From the NCBI GenBank assembly GCA_023433925.1, contig JAEYTO010000007.1:5633-69632 (forward strand): a stretch of 64,000 bases of DNA. Direction: 5' to 3'. This stretch comes from Pseudomonadota bacterium. Lineage in GTDB: Bacteria; Desulfobacterota; Desulfovibrionia; Desulfovibrionales; Desulfovibrionaceae. The translations under genes were made by a program, and so were the position numbers. The notes under the pieces were generated by a model, which was not told the DNA's origin, ran no database searches, and was given only the letters and a program-made list of their open reading frames with translations. Below, piece by piece: positions 9,712 through 19,737 of the stretch; position 1 is the stretch's first letter, and every line of letters begins with the position of its first letter.

Positions 9712-10187
9712 GCCCTGCCCGAGGCCATGGGCCGCCCGGCCGGCTCCCCGTGGGCCGCGCGCATGGCATCCGTGGCCTTGAGGCTTCCGTGGCTGGCGCA
9801 TCCGTCGCCATGGCCGCTTCCGATGGTGTCATGGACAGCCCCGAAGCCCTCATCCACACCGTGGACAGGCGCACGCAGGCCTGCCCGCCCGCCTTTCCCG
9901 CCCGTTGAAGCGCATTCCCGCCCTGACGCATGCCGCGCCGCGAGCATGTTCGCCCCAGTGCATGGACACGGCCCTGCGCGTCGGGCGCAATGAGAAAATA
10001 CCCGCCCGAGAATCCTTGTTTGCATGCCCGGACACATGCAGTCTGCGTAACATGTCCCTTCCCGCCTTGGCCGTGGGGGCGCAAGGACGAGGCCGCTCGG
10101 GGTGGAAGGGATGCCAAGCTGGACTGAAGCGGCTGTTGAACCGGTGTGTCCGGGAGGGGGCGGATTGCCATGCGTTGCTCGCAGGGC

Positions 10188-11474
10188 ATGGAGGAGCAGT
10201 TTCAATTCGACCGCGAGGACGACGCGAGCTGCTGGTTTGAAAGCAGGGTTCAGAACAGAACTCTTGAGTCGTTGCTGCTGTTTTTGCGGAAAAAGGCAGG
10301 CTTCATCTGCCTGACCGCCGAGCCGGGCATGGGCAAGAGCGTGCTGGCTCGCGCCCTGGCGCAGGCCCATGTGGCCGGAGGAGGTCGCGCCGTGCTGGCC
10401 GACGGCCGGAACCTGTGCTTCGGCCGGTTACTCGGCGATGTGCTGCGGGCCGCGGGGCTCACTCCCTCGACCGAGCCGCCCGGCGGGTCGGCCGCGGCTC
10501 TGCGCATGCTCTACGAGGCCGGGGAGCTGGGCAGCGACGTGGCCCTCGTGGTGGACGCGGCCCAGGCGCTCAAGGACAACACCCTCAAGGCGCTGGCCTA
10601 CCTGGCCAACCCATGGCAGCCGGGCTGCAGCGCCGTGCAGCTCGTGCTCGTGGGCCGGCCAGAGCTCCTGGACAGACTGGACGGCCCGGACCTGGCGCCC
10701 TTGGGCAGGCTCTGCGGCAGCCGCGCCGAGCTGCGGCCCATGGATCGCAGGGAAGCCGAGGCTTACCTGCGCTGGAAGCACGGGAGCGCACCCGAGGGAG
10801 GCCAGGCCTTCACGGCCAGGGCGCGCCACAGGCTCGCGGACCTGTCGCGGGGCGTGCCGGGGCTCCTGGACATGCTCGCCGAGGCGGCCAAGGCCTCGGG
10901 CGAGGCCAGCGGGCGCTTCCCGGTCACGTGCGGCATGGTCAGGCAGGCCGTGGGCTGCCTTCCGGGCCATGCGCCGTTCCCCCTGCCCGTGGGCAAGGCC
11001 GTGGCCCTGGCCGCGGCCTTGCTCCTGCTCGTTTCCGCCGGCGTCTGGTGGGCGCGCCAGGATCTGGTCTCGGGCCTGGAGCGTCTGGCCGGGGGGCTGC
11101 TGGGCCAGGCCTCGGCGGTCGTCGAGCGGCTGGAGGCTCCGTGGATCGCCGGAGCGCCCTCGCCTGTCTGGGCCGATGTGGAGACCCACGCCGCCGGGGC
11201 CATCCCGGGCATGGCCGTGGTGCGCGCCCCGGCCGTTCCCGGCGCCGGCTGCGAGCCGGGCAGGGCGTGCCGGCGGGTTATCGTGGCTCCGGGCGATACC
11301 CTGCTGGGCCTGTGCCGCAAAGTCTACGGCCGTGCGGACAAGATGTCCGTGCAAGCGGTCCTGACCGCCAATCCGGGCATAGCCAACCCGGACACCATCG
11401 AGGTGGGCCAGATCATCCATTTCCCTCCCGAATCCCGGGCCGTGGCCGGGGAGTCGGCCCGTACCGGGGTCTGA
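10188..11474 (+). CDS. Degenerate ExeA-like AAA ATPase with TM helix and C-terminal LysM domain
   Basis: AEPGMGKS, VVDAAQ, VLVGRPEL, SRGVPGLL, TM helix, VAPGDTL...NPGIANPDTIEVGQII. Confidence 0.8.
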   Translation: MEEQFQFDREDDASCWFESRVQNRTLESLLLFLRKKAGFICLTAEPGMGKSVLARALAQAHVAGGGRAVLADGRNLCFGRLLGDVLRAAGLTPSTEPPGGSAAALRMLYEAGELGSDVALVVDAAQALKDNTLKALAYLANPWQPGCSAVQLVLVGRPELLDRLDGPDLAPLGRLCGSRAELRPMDRREAEAYLRWKHGSAPEGGQAFTARARHRLADLSRGVPGLLDMLAEAAKASGEASGRFPVTCGMVRQAVGCLPGHAPFPLPVGKAVALAAALLLLVSAGVWWARQDLVSGLERLAGGLLGQASAVVERLEAPWIAGAPSPVWADVETHAAGAIPGMAVVRAPAVPGAGCEPGRACRRVIVAPGDTLLGLCRKVYGRADKMSVQAVLTANPGIANPDTIEVGQIIHFPPESRAVAGESARTGV

Positions 11475-11916
11475 TGCCCCAGGGAGCGGAGTGCGGGGCA
11501 TGCCCGCGCTCCGCGCATTCACGCGGCATTTTCCCGGCATTCACCACGCGAAGCTTCCGCCGGATTATAGCCGTGCCTGCTTGTAAATAATCTCGAAGCT
11601 GCTTTAGTCATGTGTCGGCAGCATGTTGAAAACAGACCGCGGGCCAGGATGACCCGCCGGATGCGCGGCATTCGCGAGCGATGTTTGATCCAAGCTCAGG
11701 TCTTGCGGAGTTGAAAAGTCAGGACGGCGGTTTTCAACAGTCTGTTGGAAGCGGCTTTTCGCCACCCAAGGCCACATGGGGGCGGCGGAGGCCTTCAGTC
11801 TCGGCCATGGCCGGAGAGTCGTTCCGAAGGGCATGTGGAGCGTCCTGCGCCAAACCGGCATGTCCGGCGCAAGGGTGGCCCGCGCCATTTCGCAGGCGCT
11901 AGAGCGGGAGAGTGTT

Positions 11917-13320
11917 TTGGGCAGAGTACTCACCATCGACGACGACGCGGTCTTCAGCCTCGCCCTGTCGGAGCTGATCCGTCGGGAAGGCCACGAGGTC
12001 GTCTGCGCGCATAGCCTGGCCCAGGGCATGGAGCAGGTGCGCATGACCGACTTCGACCTCATTTTCCTGGACGTGGGGCTCCCGGACGGCGACGGTCTGG
12101 ACCTCCTGCCCAAGCTCAAGAATCTGGCCCATGGCCCGGAGGTCATCATCATCACCTCCTCGGGCTGCCCCGACGGCGCTGAGCTGGCCATAGAGAACGG
12201 AGCCTGGGACTACATCGAGAAGACGGACACGCCCCAGAGCCTTCGCCTGTCCTTTCTGCGCGCGCTGAGCTACCAGGAGCGCAAGCTCGCCTCGCTGCCC
12301 AGCCGCCGCGAGGGCATCATCGGCTCCAACCCCAAGATCCTCGAGTGCGTCAACACCATGGCCAAGGCCGCGCGCAGCGGGGCCAGCGTGCTCATCCAAG
12401 GCGAGACCGGCACTGGCAAGGAGCTGTTCGCCAGGGCCGTGCACGCCAACAGCCCGAAATCCGGCGGGCCTTTCGTGACCGTGGACTGCGCCTCCATCCA
12501 GGAGAGCATCATGGGCAGCGAGCTGTTCGGCCACCGCAAGGGGGCCTTCACGGGCGCGACCATGGACAAGACGGGGCTCGTGCAGCGAGCCAACGGCGGG
12601 ACGCTCTTCCTGGACGAGGTGAGCGAGCTGGCCATGGACATGCAGAAGAGCTTCCTGCGCGTGCTGGAGACGCGCTCCTTCCGGCCCGTGGGCGAGGAAC
12701 GCGAGCAGACCAGCGACTTCCGGCTGGTCTGCGCGTGCAACAAGGACCTCCACAAGCTCGTGGCCCAGGGGCGCTTCCGGGAGGACCTCTACTACCGCAT
12801 CAAAGCCTCGCTCCTTGTCCTGCCGCCCTTGCGCGAGCGGCTGGACGACCTGCCCGAGCTCGTCAACTTCCTCGTGACGGGCGTCTGCCGCAAGAACAGC
12901 CTGCCTCGGAAGATCGTCTCGCCCGAGCTGCTGCGGCTCTTCTCGCGCCACTCCTGGCCGGGCAACATCCGCGAGCTGGCCAACGTGGTCGAGGCCCTGG
13001 TGGCCTCGGCGCCCATGGAGGAGATACTCTTCCCGCCCCATCTGCCCAGGGACCTGCGCTTGCAGTTCGTGGCCTCGGGCAACGGCAACGGCAAGGGCAA
13101 GGTCAAGAAGCCGGAGCTGGCCGCCAAGTCCGCGGAGATCGCGCCGGGCGAGATCACCGCCTGGAGCGCCTACCGCAAGCGCGGCCTGGAGAACCTCGAG
13201 GAGCGCTATCTCTCGCGACTCATGAGCGCCTCGGGCGGGAACCTCAGGCAGGCCATGTTCATCTCGGGCCTGAGCCAAGCCCGGCTCTACAGCCTCCTGC
13301 GCAAGCACAACATACGCTGA
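11917..13320 (+). CDS. Sigma54-dependent NtrC-family response regulator
   Basis: Receiver (TIDDD, FLDVGLPD), GETGTGKE, GAFTGA, FLDEV, WPGNIREL, Fis-type HTH; TTG start after GGGAGAG. Confidence 0.93.
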   Translation: MGRVLTIDDDAVFSLALSELIRREGHEVVCAHSLAQGMEQVRMTDFDLIFLDVGLPDGDGLDLLPKLKNLAHGPEVIIITSSGCPDGAELAIENGAWDYIEKTDTPQSLRLSFLRALSYQERKLASLPSRREGIIGSNPKILECVNTMAKAARSGASVLIQGETGTGKELFARAVHANSPKSGGPFVTVDCASIQESIMGSELFGHRKGAFTGATMDKTGLVQRANGGTLFLDEVSELAMDMQKSFLRVLETRSFRPVGEEREQTSDFRLVCACNKDLHKLVAQGRFREDLYYRIKASLLVLPPLRERLDDLPELVNFLVTGVCRKNSLPRKIVSPELLRLFSRHSWPGNIRELANVVEALVASAPMEEILFPPHLPRDLRLQFVASGNGNGKGKVKKPELAAKSAEIAPGEITAWSAYRKRGLENLEERYLSRLMSASGGNLRQAMFISGLSQARLYSLLRKHNIR

Positions 13321-13454
13321 TCCAGCCTCCGCCGCCTGCCCCGCCGCCACGCAGCCGCCAATCAATCCGCCATGCGTATCGCCAGGTTCATCAGCAAGGA
13401 TGTCCAAGCCTTGCGCGGCGCTTTTGGCCGAACAGGTCAAAGTCTGTAGGACGA

Positions 13455-13492
13455 TTCTCGTTTCTTGAGAAAGTGTTCTTGGCATTCGAGAA
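13455..13492. promoter_or_regulatory. Tandem palindromic enhancer (UAS) sites
   Basis: TTCTC-N7-GAGAA at 13455-13471 and TTCTT-N7-GAGAA at 13476-13492, 21 bp apart. Confidence 0.6.
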
Positions 13493-13535
13493 AGCCTCTT
13501 GTCGGCCTGGGAGCCTTTTCTAATTCATTAAGCCA

Positions 13536-13548
13536 TATCAGATGGTTG
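13536..13548 (+). promoter_or_regulatory. IHF binding site
   Basis: TATCAGATGGTTG fits WATCARNNNNTTR, preceded by an AT-rich tract, between the UAS and the promoter. Confidence 0.55.
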
Positions 13549-13563
13549 CCTGCGGATACGGTT

Positions 13564-13579
13564 TGGCAAGGCCCTTGTA
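13564..13579 (+). promoter_or_regulatory. Sigma54 -24/-12 promoter of the EPS operon
   Basis: TGGCAAGGCCCTTGTA (GG-N10-GT, a -12 variant). Confidence 0.6.
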
Positions 13580-13766
13580 AAGAGACCTGCGAAGCGCGTC
13601 ATGGGCGCGAGAAGATATGCGAGAGCGAACGAGGTTGATACGGGGGCGGGAAGGGCCTGTCCCGGCCAGGAGGGCGCGCTCCTCTTTGGGTCGGCGCCGC
13701 CTTGGAGAAATCGCCTTTCACGGGTTGGCTCGGCGCGACCCGGCGGATGAATAAGGGGAGGCGCGA

Positions 13767-14903
13767 GTGTTCGAGATAAGCCTTGTCGAGGGCTTGGAGG
13801 GAGTTGTCGGGCTTGCGCCCGAGTGGCGGGCTCTCGTGGAGGATTCCGTCACCGATGAGGTGTACGGGGCGCCCTGGATATTTTCCAGGCCCGAGTGGCA
13901 CCTGGCCTGGCTGGAGGCCTACGGCTCGGCCTGCCGGCCCAGGCTGATCGCCGCGCGTGCCGAGGGCCGGCTCGTGGGCCTTCTGCCCATGGCCCTGACG
14001 CGCGGCCGCTATGTGGATTTTTTCAGCACCTACCTGGAGCCCATGACGGGCTACTTCGCGGACTATCAGACGCCCGTGTTGGCCAAAGGGTGCGAGGCCG
14101 CCCTTGAGCCCATGCTCGACACCGCCTTCCAGGGGGCCGAGGGACAGGTGCTCTTGTGGCGGAACCTGCCGCTCACGCATCCCGAGGCCAGGAGAATCCC
14201 GGACTATTTCGCGGCGCGCGGCTGGCCCGTGGTGACCGAGAAGAGCGTCTGCCCCTACCTGCGGCTGTCCGGCAGCTATGCAAAGGTCGAGAAGCGCTGG
14301 AAGAGCAATCTGCGCCAGGACGTGCGCAGGCGCAGGCGCAAGCTCGCCGGCAGCCTGTCCCTGGAGGTGATCGAGCGCGCCGAGGATGTCCCGGCCTGGC
14401 TGGAGGACCTCTTCGCCATGCACCAGCGCAAGTGGCTGTCCGAATCGCAGCCCAGCGAGTTCGCCAACCAGACCCATCAGGACTACTACGGAATCTTGGC
14501 CAGGAATCTTTTCGGCAAGGGCCTGCACCTGTCCAGCCTGCTCCTGGACGGCAGGCGAGTGTCCCTCCATTACGGATTCCTTTCCGAGGGCTGGTTCTAT
14601 TTCTACAAGCCGGCCTACGACAAGGAGTTCGCCAGCATGTCGCCCACCAAGGTGCATGTGAGCATGCTCATGGAACTGGGCTGCGCGAGCGGCTGGCGGG
14701 GCTTCGATTTTCTCCAGGGCGACGAGCCGTACAAGCTCCAATGGGCGAGCGAGAGCATCCCCTGCGTCTCCCTGGTGGCGGGCATCGGCAAGGGCGGCTT
14801 CAAGTACTACTGGCACTCGCGCTGGCGCAGCCAGGCCAAGTCGGCCCTAGGCCCCACGGTCAAGACCATCAGGCGCGCGACCCAGAGGCAGGTGGCCTTG
14901 TGA
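13767..14903 (+). CDS. GNAT-family (CelD/BcsL-like) acetyltransferase of polysaccharide clusters
   Basis: FSRPEWHLAW, LVGLLPM, FDFLQGDEPYKLQW. Confidence 0.85.
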   Translation: MFEISLVEGLEGVVGLAPEWRALVEDSVTDEVYGAPWIFSRPEWHLAWLEAYGSACRPRLIAARAEGRLVGLLPMALTRGRYVDFFSTYLEPMTGYFADYQTPVLAKGCEAALEPMLDTAFQGAEGQVLLWRNLPLTHPEARRIPDYFAARGWPVVTEKSVCPYLRLSGSYAKVEKRWKSNLRQDVRRRRRKLAGSLSLEVIERAEDVPAWLEDLFAMHQRKWLSESQPSEFANQTHQDYYGILARNLFGKGLHLSSLLLDGRRVSLHYGFLSEGWFYFYKPAYDKEFASMSPTKVHVSMLMELGCASGWRGFDFLQGDEPYKLQWASESIPCVSLVAGIGKGGFKYYWHSRWRSQAKSALGPTVKTIRRATQRQVAL

Positions 14904-16024
14904 GCGCGCCCAGGGAAGCCCTCAAGGCCACGCTATTGGCCGGGTTACGCATGGCCGCGCGCCTGAGCCCCCTGCCCGGCGGCCACGCCGTCCTGTGCTA
15001 TCACCGCCTGACCCGCGACTGGCTGAATTGCGGGCTTGCGCCGCACATCTACGTGCACGCCGACCGCTTTCGCGAGCACCTGCGCATCCTGCGCCGGAAC
15101 GCCGAGCTTATCGGGCTGGCCGAGCTGGATAAGCGGCTGGCCGCGCGCCGCGAAAGTCCTCCCGGGCGGGACGAGCCCGAAGGATTGGCCGTGTGCGTGA
15201 CCTTCGACGACGGATACGCGGACAACCTGAGCCTGGCGCTGCCCATCCTCAAGGAGGAGGGAGTTCCGGCCGCCCTGTTCGTGAGCACGGGCTTCGTGGA
15301 CGATCCCGCGGACGTGCCCTGGTGGGACGTGAACTTCAGGGCGGCCCGCGAGATCGCCCAGGGCGTGGTCCATCTGCGGGACAACGGACGCTCGCTGCGC
15401 TTCGACACGCGCACCATGGGCGGGCGTCGCGGGCTGCTCAAGGCCATGAACGACGCGACCTTGAGACGCTGCCGGGAGAACGGCGGCCTGGCCAGGCCCG
15501 TGGCCGAGGAGGTCTTCCCCGACATGGCCCGTGCGGAGCGCAACGACTTCTGCGCCTGGGACGACCTGCGCGCGGCGCTCGGGGACGGCCTGCTGACCAT
15601 CGGCTCGCACACCGTGAGCCATCCGGTGCTCTCGGCCTGCGCCGACTGGGAAACCACGGAGCTTGCGGCCTCCCGGGAGCGCCTGGAGGCCGAACTCGGC
15701 GGGCGGGTGGCCTTCTTCGCCTACCCCTACGGAGGCCCCGCGCACATTCCGGCCGACCCGGCCGAAAGCTTCGCCAGCCAGGGCATCCGGCTGGCCATGA
15801 CCATAACATCGGGGCTGAACCACGCATCGACGGACCGCTACGGGCTCAGGCGGATCTCGGTGGAAGGCGGAGACGATGCCGGCGGTCTGCTCGCAAGGAT
15901 CAAGGCCGCGATGCTCCGCGACCGGGTGCGCGATCTGCTGCCGGGAGCCGTGGAGATGTTCGAGGAGGGAAGGGAAAGGACATGCGGAAACGGGGAGGAA
16001 GAGGCATGCGCACGGAGGCGATGA
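14900..16024 (+). CDS. Polysaccharide deacetylase (CE4)
   Basis: VLCYHR, VTFDDGY, IGSHTVSHP, FAYPYG; GTG overlaps the upstream stop. Confidence 0.9.
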   Translation: MSAPREALKATLLAGLRMAARLSPLPGGHAVLCYHRLTRDWLNCGLAPHIYVHADRFREHLRILRRNAELIGLAELDKRLAARRESPPGRDEPEGLAVCVTFDDGYADNLSLALPILKEEGVPAALFVSTGFVDDPADVPWWDVNFRAAREIAQGVVHLRDNGRSLRFDTRTMGGRRGLLKAMNDATLRRCRENGGLARPVAEEVFPDMARAERNDFCAWDDLRAALGDGLLTIGSHTVSHPVLSACADWETTELAASRERLEAELGGRVAFFAYPYGGPAHIPADPAESFASQGIRLAMTITSGLNHASTDRYGLRRISVEGGDDAGGLLARIKAAMLRDRVRDLLPGAVEMFEEGRERTCGNGEEEACARRR

Positions 16025-16614
16025 GGCTGGCGGTCATGATGATCGTGGCGGCGCTCCTGGCGGGGCTGGTGGCCTGCGCCCAGAAGCCGGCCGGTGTCGT
16101 GGTCGAGGATCAGGTGGAATGGACGAACGCCGATGCCGGGGATGCGCTGGAGCCCGGCGACGAGATCGAGGTCAGGTTCCCTTACTGGCCGGAGCTTGAC
16201 GACACGCAGCAGATCCGCCGGGACGGGAAGATCTCCCTGCAGCTCGTGGAGAACGTGCAGGCCGCCGGCCTGACTCCCGAGGAGTTGAGCAGGAAGCTTG
16301 AGGATCTGTACCGGGACAAGCTCAAGGACCCGATCATCAAGGTCATCCTGCGCGAGCGCGGGGCCAGGCAGGTCATGGTCGGCGGAGAGGTCGTCCAGCC
16401 GGGGGCCATCGACCTGGCCGGCAAGATGACCGCCCTGGAGGCCATCATGGCCGCTGGCGGCTACAAGCGGCTCTCGGCCGACATCAGAAAGGTCGTGGTC
16501 TTCCGCCAGGAGGGCAGCAAGCGCATGGCCAGGGAGGTCGATCTCATGAACCCGGATGCGGCGCCGTTCTTCCTCAAACCAAACGACGTCATCTACGTCC
16601 CGCCCTCTCGCTAG
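16006..16614 (+). CDS. Short polysaccharide export lipoprotein (Wza/OPX family)
   Basis: Lipobox LVAC, LEPGDEI, IRRDGKISL, AAGLTPEEL, SLBB domain, LKPNDVIYVP. Confidence 0.88.
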   Translation: MRTEAMRLAVMMIVAALLAGLVACAQKPAGVVVEDQVEWTNADAGDALEPGDEIEVRFPYWPELDDTQQIRRDGKISLQLVENVQAAGLTPEELSRKLEDLYRDKLKDPIIKVILRERGARQVMVGGEVVQPGAIDLAGKMTALEAIMAAGGYKRLSADIRKVVVFRQEGSKRMAREVDLMNPDAAPFFLKPNDVIYVPPSR

Positions 16615-16642
16615 GCAGGATGCGGAGCAAGGGAGAAAAACC

Positions 16643-18244
16643 ATGCACCTGAAACAACCACCCCTCCAACTCGGCTCGGCCCTGGCTTCCGAGACGGAAC
16701 CCTCCGCGGGCAGCTCCCTGCGCGAGGTGCTGGCCGTCCTCTTCAGGCGCAGAAAGGCCGTGGTCGCCTTCTTCGTCACGGTGACCTTCTTCGTGGGCCT
16801 GTTCACCTACTTCATGCCCAAGACCTATCGCTCGGACACCAAGCTGCTGGTCAAGGTGGGCCGCGAGAGCGTGTCCGTGGACCCCACCGTGGTCGGGCCG
16901 ACAATGCAGGTCACGCGCGACATGCAGAACGAGATCAACTCCGAGATCTCGCTGCTCACGAGCAAGGCCCTGGCCGAGAAGGCCGTGGACATCCTCGGGC
17001 CCGAGACCGTGCTCAAGGCGCCTCTGCGCGACCCCGGCTTCCTCGGGATTCGCCGAGGCTTCCACGCCGCCATCGCGAGCCTCGCCGAGGGCTTCGGCGG
17101 AGGCGGCGAGGCCAGCCCGGCCGCGCGGGCCGAGCTTCGGGAAGAGGCCGTGCTCAAGATCATGAAGAGCCTGGCCGTGGCGCCGGAGGACCTCTCCAAC
17201 GTCATTTGGGTCGGCTACGAATCGAGCGATCCGGCCGCGGCGCAGGCCGTCCTGCGCACGGTCATCGATCAGTATCAGCGCCAGCACGTGAACGTGTACA
17301 GCACCCAGGCCAAGCCCGAGTTCTTCCAGGCCCAGCTTGCGGACATCGAGAGGCGGCTGGCGACCAAGCAGCAGGATCTGGAGGACTTCAAGATGCGCCA
17401 CCAGCTGGCCTCCATCCAGGACCAGACCCAGCTGCTCATCGAGAGCATCGAGAATCTGCAGAACGGCATCAACGAAACGAACGCGAGCATCCTGGCCTCC
17501 GAGGCCAAGGTCGAGACCCAGGGCAAGGCCCTGGCGGGACGCTCCGAGACCATCGTGCTCAACCGCGTGGAAGGCCGGGCCAACACGGCGGCCGAGGCCA
17601 TCAAGCGGGATCTCTTGCAGCTCAGGCTCAGGGAGATCGACCTCTCGGCGCGCTATTCCGACAACTACAGGCCGCTCGTGCAGGTGCGCGAGCAGATCCG
17701 CGCGGCCGAGAGATCCCTGGTCGAGGAGCAGCGGGTCGGCGGCGAGATCACCACCGGCATCGACCCCAACGTGCAGGCCCTGCGCCTGGCCCTGGAGACC
17801 GAACAGGCCGATCTGTCGGCCGCCAGGGCGCGCAAGGCCGCTCTGGCGAAGCAGCTCTCGGGCCTCCAGGAGCGCCTGGACTTCCTGGTGGGCAAGGCGC
17901 GTGAAGTGGACCGCATGGAGCGCGAGGTCGAGCTGCTCAAGCTGGACCACGCGAACTTCTACGAAACCATGCGCCGGGCGGCCATCTCCAGCGCCCTGGA
18001 CGAAAGCCTCGTGTCCAACGTGAGCGTCATCGAGCCGGCCACGCTGCCCATGCTGCCCCAGGGTCCGAGAACGCTGGTCAACCTCATCCTGGGTGCGTTC
18101 GTGGGCATTCTCGGCGGCGCGGGCCTGGCCTTCCTCCTCGAGTACCTGGACCAGACCATGCGCACGCCCGCGCAGGTGCGCGGCAGAATCGGCCTGCCCG
18201 TGCTGGCCTCGGTCTCCAAAGAGGACTTCGCCCAATGTACCTAG
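16643..18244 (+). CDS. Polysaccharide co-polymerase (GumC/Wzc membrane-periplasmic part)
   Basis: Two TM helices flanking a long coiled coil; VSVIEPATLP, GLAFLLEYLD, IGLPVLASV. Confidence 0.88.
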   Translation: MHLKQPPLQLGSALASETEPSAGSSLREVLAVLFRRRKAVVAFFVTVTFFVGLFTYFMPKTYRSDTKLLVKVGRESVSVDPTVVGPTMQVTRDMQNEINSEISLLTSKALAEKAVDILGPETVLKAPLRDPGFLGIRRGFHAAIASLAEGFGGGGEASPAARAELREEAVLKIMKSLAVAPEDLSNVIWVGYESSDPAAAQAVLRTVIDQYQRQHVNVYSTQAKPEFFQAQLADIERRLATKQQDLEDFKMRHQLASIQDQTQLLIESIENLQNGINETNASILASEAKVETQGKALAGRSETIVLNRVEGRANTAAEAIKRDLLQLRLREIDLSARYSDNYRPLVQVREQIRAAERSLVEEQRVGGEITTGIDPNVQALRLALETEQADLSAARARKAALAKQLSGLQERLDFLVGKAREVDRMEREVELLKLDHANFYETMRRAAISSALDESLVSNVSVIEPATLPMLPQGPRTLVNLILGAFVGILGGAGLAFLLEYLDQTMRTPAQVRGRIGLPVLASVSKEDFAQCT

Positions 18245-19737
18245 AGTACTTCAAGTTCGACCGGGAGCCGTTCCACATCACTCCCGATCCCAAGTTCCTC
18301 TTTCTGAGCCCGAGCCACAAGGAGGCCTTGGCCTCGATCATCTACGGCATCGAGAACCGCAAGGGCTTCGTGTGCATCCTGGGCGAGGTGGGCCTGGGCA
18401 AGACGACCATCGTGCGCTCCTACCTGGAGCTGGCCGACCGTGACGAGATACGGCCCATCTATGTGTTCAACTCCAAGGTGACCTTCAAGGAGCTTCTGGA
18501 AACCATCTTCCAGGAATGGGGGCTGACGGCGCGGGGCGACAGCGTGCACGCCATGCTCCAGCAGCTCTACCGGGAGCTCATCGGCGAGTACAACACGGGC
18601 CGCAACGTCGTGCTGCTCATCGACGAGGCCCAGAACGTGCCCCTGGACACCCTGGAGAGCCTGCGCATGCTCTCCAACCTGGAGACCACCAAGCGCAAGC
18701 TCATCCAGGTCGTGCTCATCGGCCAGCCCGAGCTCAAGTCCAAGCTGGACCGGCCGGAGCTTCGGCAGCTCAAGCAGCGCATCGTGGTGCGCACGACGCT
18801 CTTCCCGCTCACCGACAAGGAGAGCCGCGAATACATCCGCCACAGGCTGGCGCACGCCTCCTCCAGGCCGGAGACGGTCTTCACCTCCGGCGCCGTGAGC
18901 AGGATCGTGCGCCACGCCCAGGGCATCCCGCGCATGATCAACATCATCGCCGACAACGCGCTCATCGCCGGCTACGGGCTGCAGCGCAGGCCCGTGACCA
19001 GGGACGTGGTGGATCAGGTCATCCGCGACTTCCATGGCCAGGCCGGGTCCGGGCAATCCTTCTGGCGGCCGGTGCTGGCGGCCCTGTGCCTCACCGGAGT
19101 CCTGCTCCTGCCCACCTGGAAGTACCGCGACGCGCTTTACGAGCGCTTCGTCGGATCCGCGCCCCAGGCTGGCCAGACCATGCCCGCGCGCATGGAGGGC
19201 GCGTCGTGGCGGGCGGTGCGCGACGAGCCGCTTCCCGTGTCCGCTCCCGAATCCGGGGCAGGCGCTGCCCAGGCCGAGCGGCCGGCCGCGAAGCAGCAGT
19301 CCGGAGGACGGGAGACGGCGGCCCTGGCCTCGCCCAAAGCCGCCGCCCCGGCGGACGCGCCCGCGCCGCTAGCCGAGAAGGCCGGAAAAGCCGCCGACGC
19401 CGGCACGCGGGAGTCGGCCGCCCAGGAGCGGCCGGAAGCCTCCGCGCCGGCCGGACAGGCGGAAGGGCCTCGCGCGACCGGCGAGGCTGCTTCGGCTCCA
19501 GGCTCCGCCGTGGGCCTGGCCGGCCCGGAGGGAACGCGGGTCGCGGCCAAGCCCGGAGACTTCCTGAGCAAACTGTGCATGGAGGCCTACGGAATCTGCA
19601 CCGCGAGGGAGCTTGCGGCCGTCCTGGCCGCCAACCCCGCCATCATGGACCCCGACTACATCGATGTGGGGCAGGTCATCGTCATCCCGCCACTGGCGAA
19701 AATCGAAGACGGAAACGGAAGTGGAGTTGTGCCATGA
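18235..19737 (+). CDS. ExeA-like AAA ATPase with C-terminal LysM domain
   Basis: MYLEYF...EPFHITPDP, GEVGLGKTT, LIDEAQ, GQPEL, QGIPRMIN, LysM-like C-terminus. Confidence 0.9.
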   Translation: MYLEYFKFDREPFHITPDPKFLFLSPSHKEALASIIYGIENRKGFVCILGEVGLGKTTIVRSYLELADRDEIRPIYVFNSKVTFKELLETIFQEWGLTARGDSVHAMLQQLYRELIGEYNTGRNVVLLIDEAQNVPLDTLESLRMLSNLETTKRKLIQVVLIGQPELKSKLDRPELRQLKQRIVVRTTLFPLTDKESREYIRHRLAHASSRPETVFTSGAVSRIVRHAQGIPRMINIIADNALIAGYGLQRRPVTRDVVDQVIRDFHGQAGSGQSFWRPVLAALCLTGVLLLPTWKYRDALYERFVGSAPQAGQTMPARMEGASWRAVRDEPLPVSAPESGAGAAQAERPAAKQQSGGRETAALASPKAAAPADAPAPLAEKAGKAADAGTRESAAQERPEASAPAGQAEGPRATGEAASAPGSAVGLAGPEGTRVAAKPGDFLSKLCMEAYGICTARELAAVLAANPAIMDPDYIDVGQVIVIPPLAKIEDGNGSGVVP

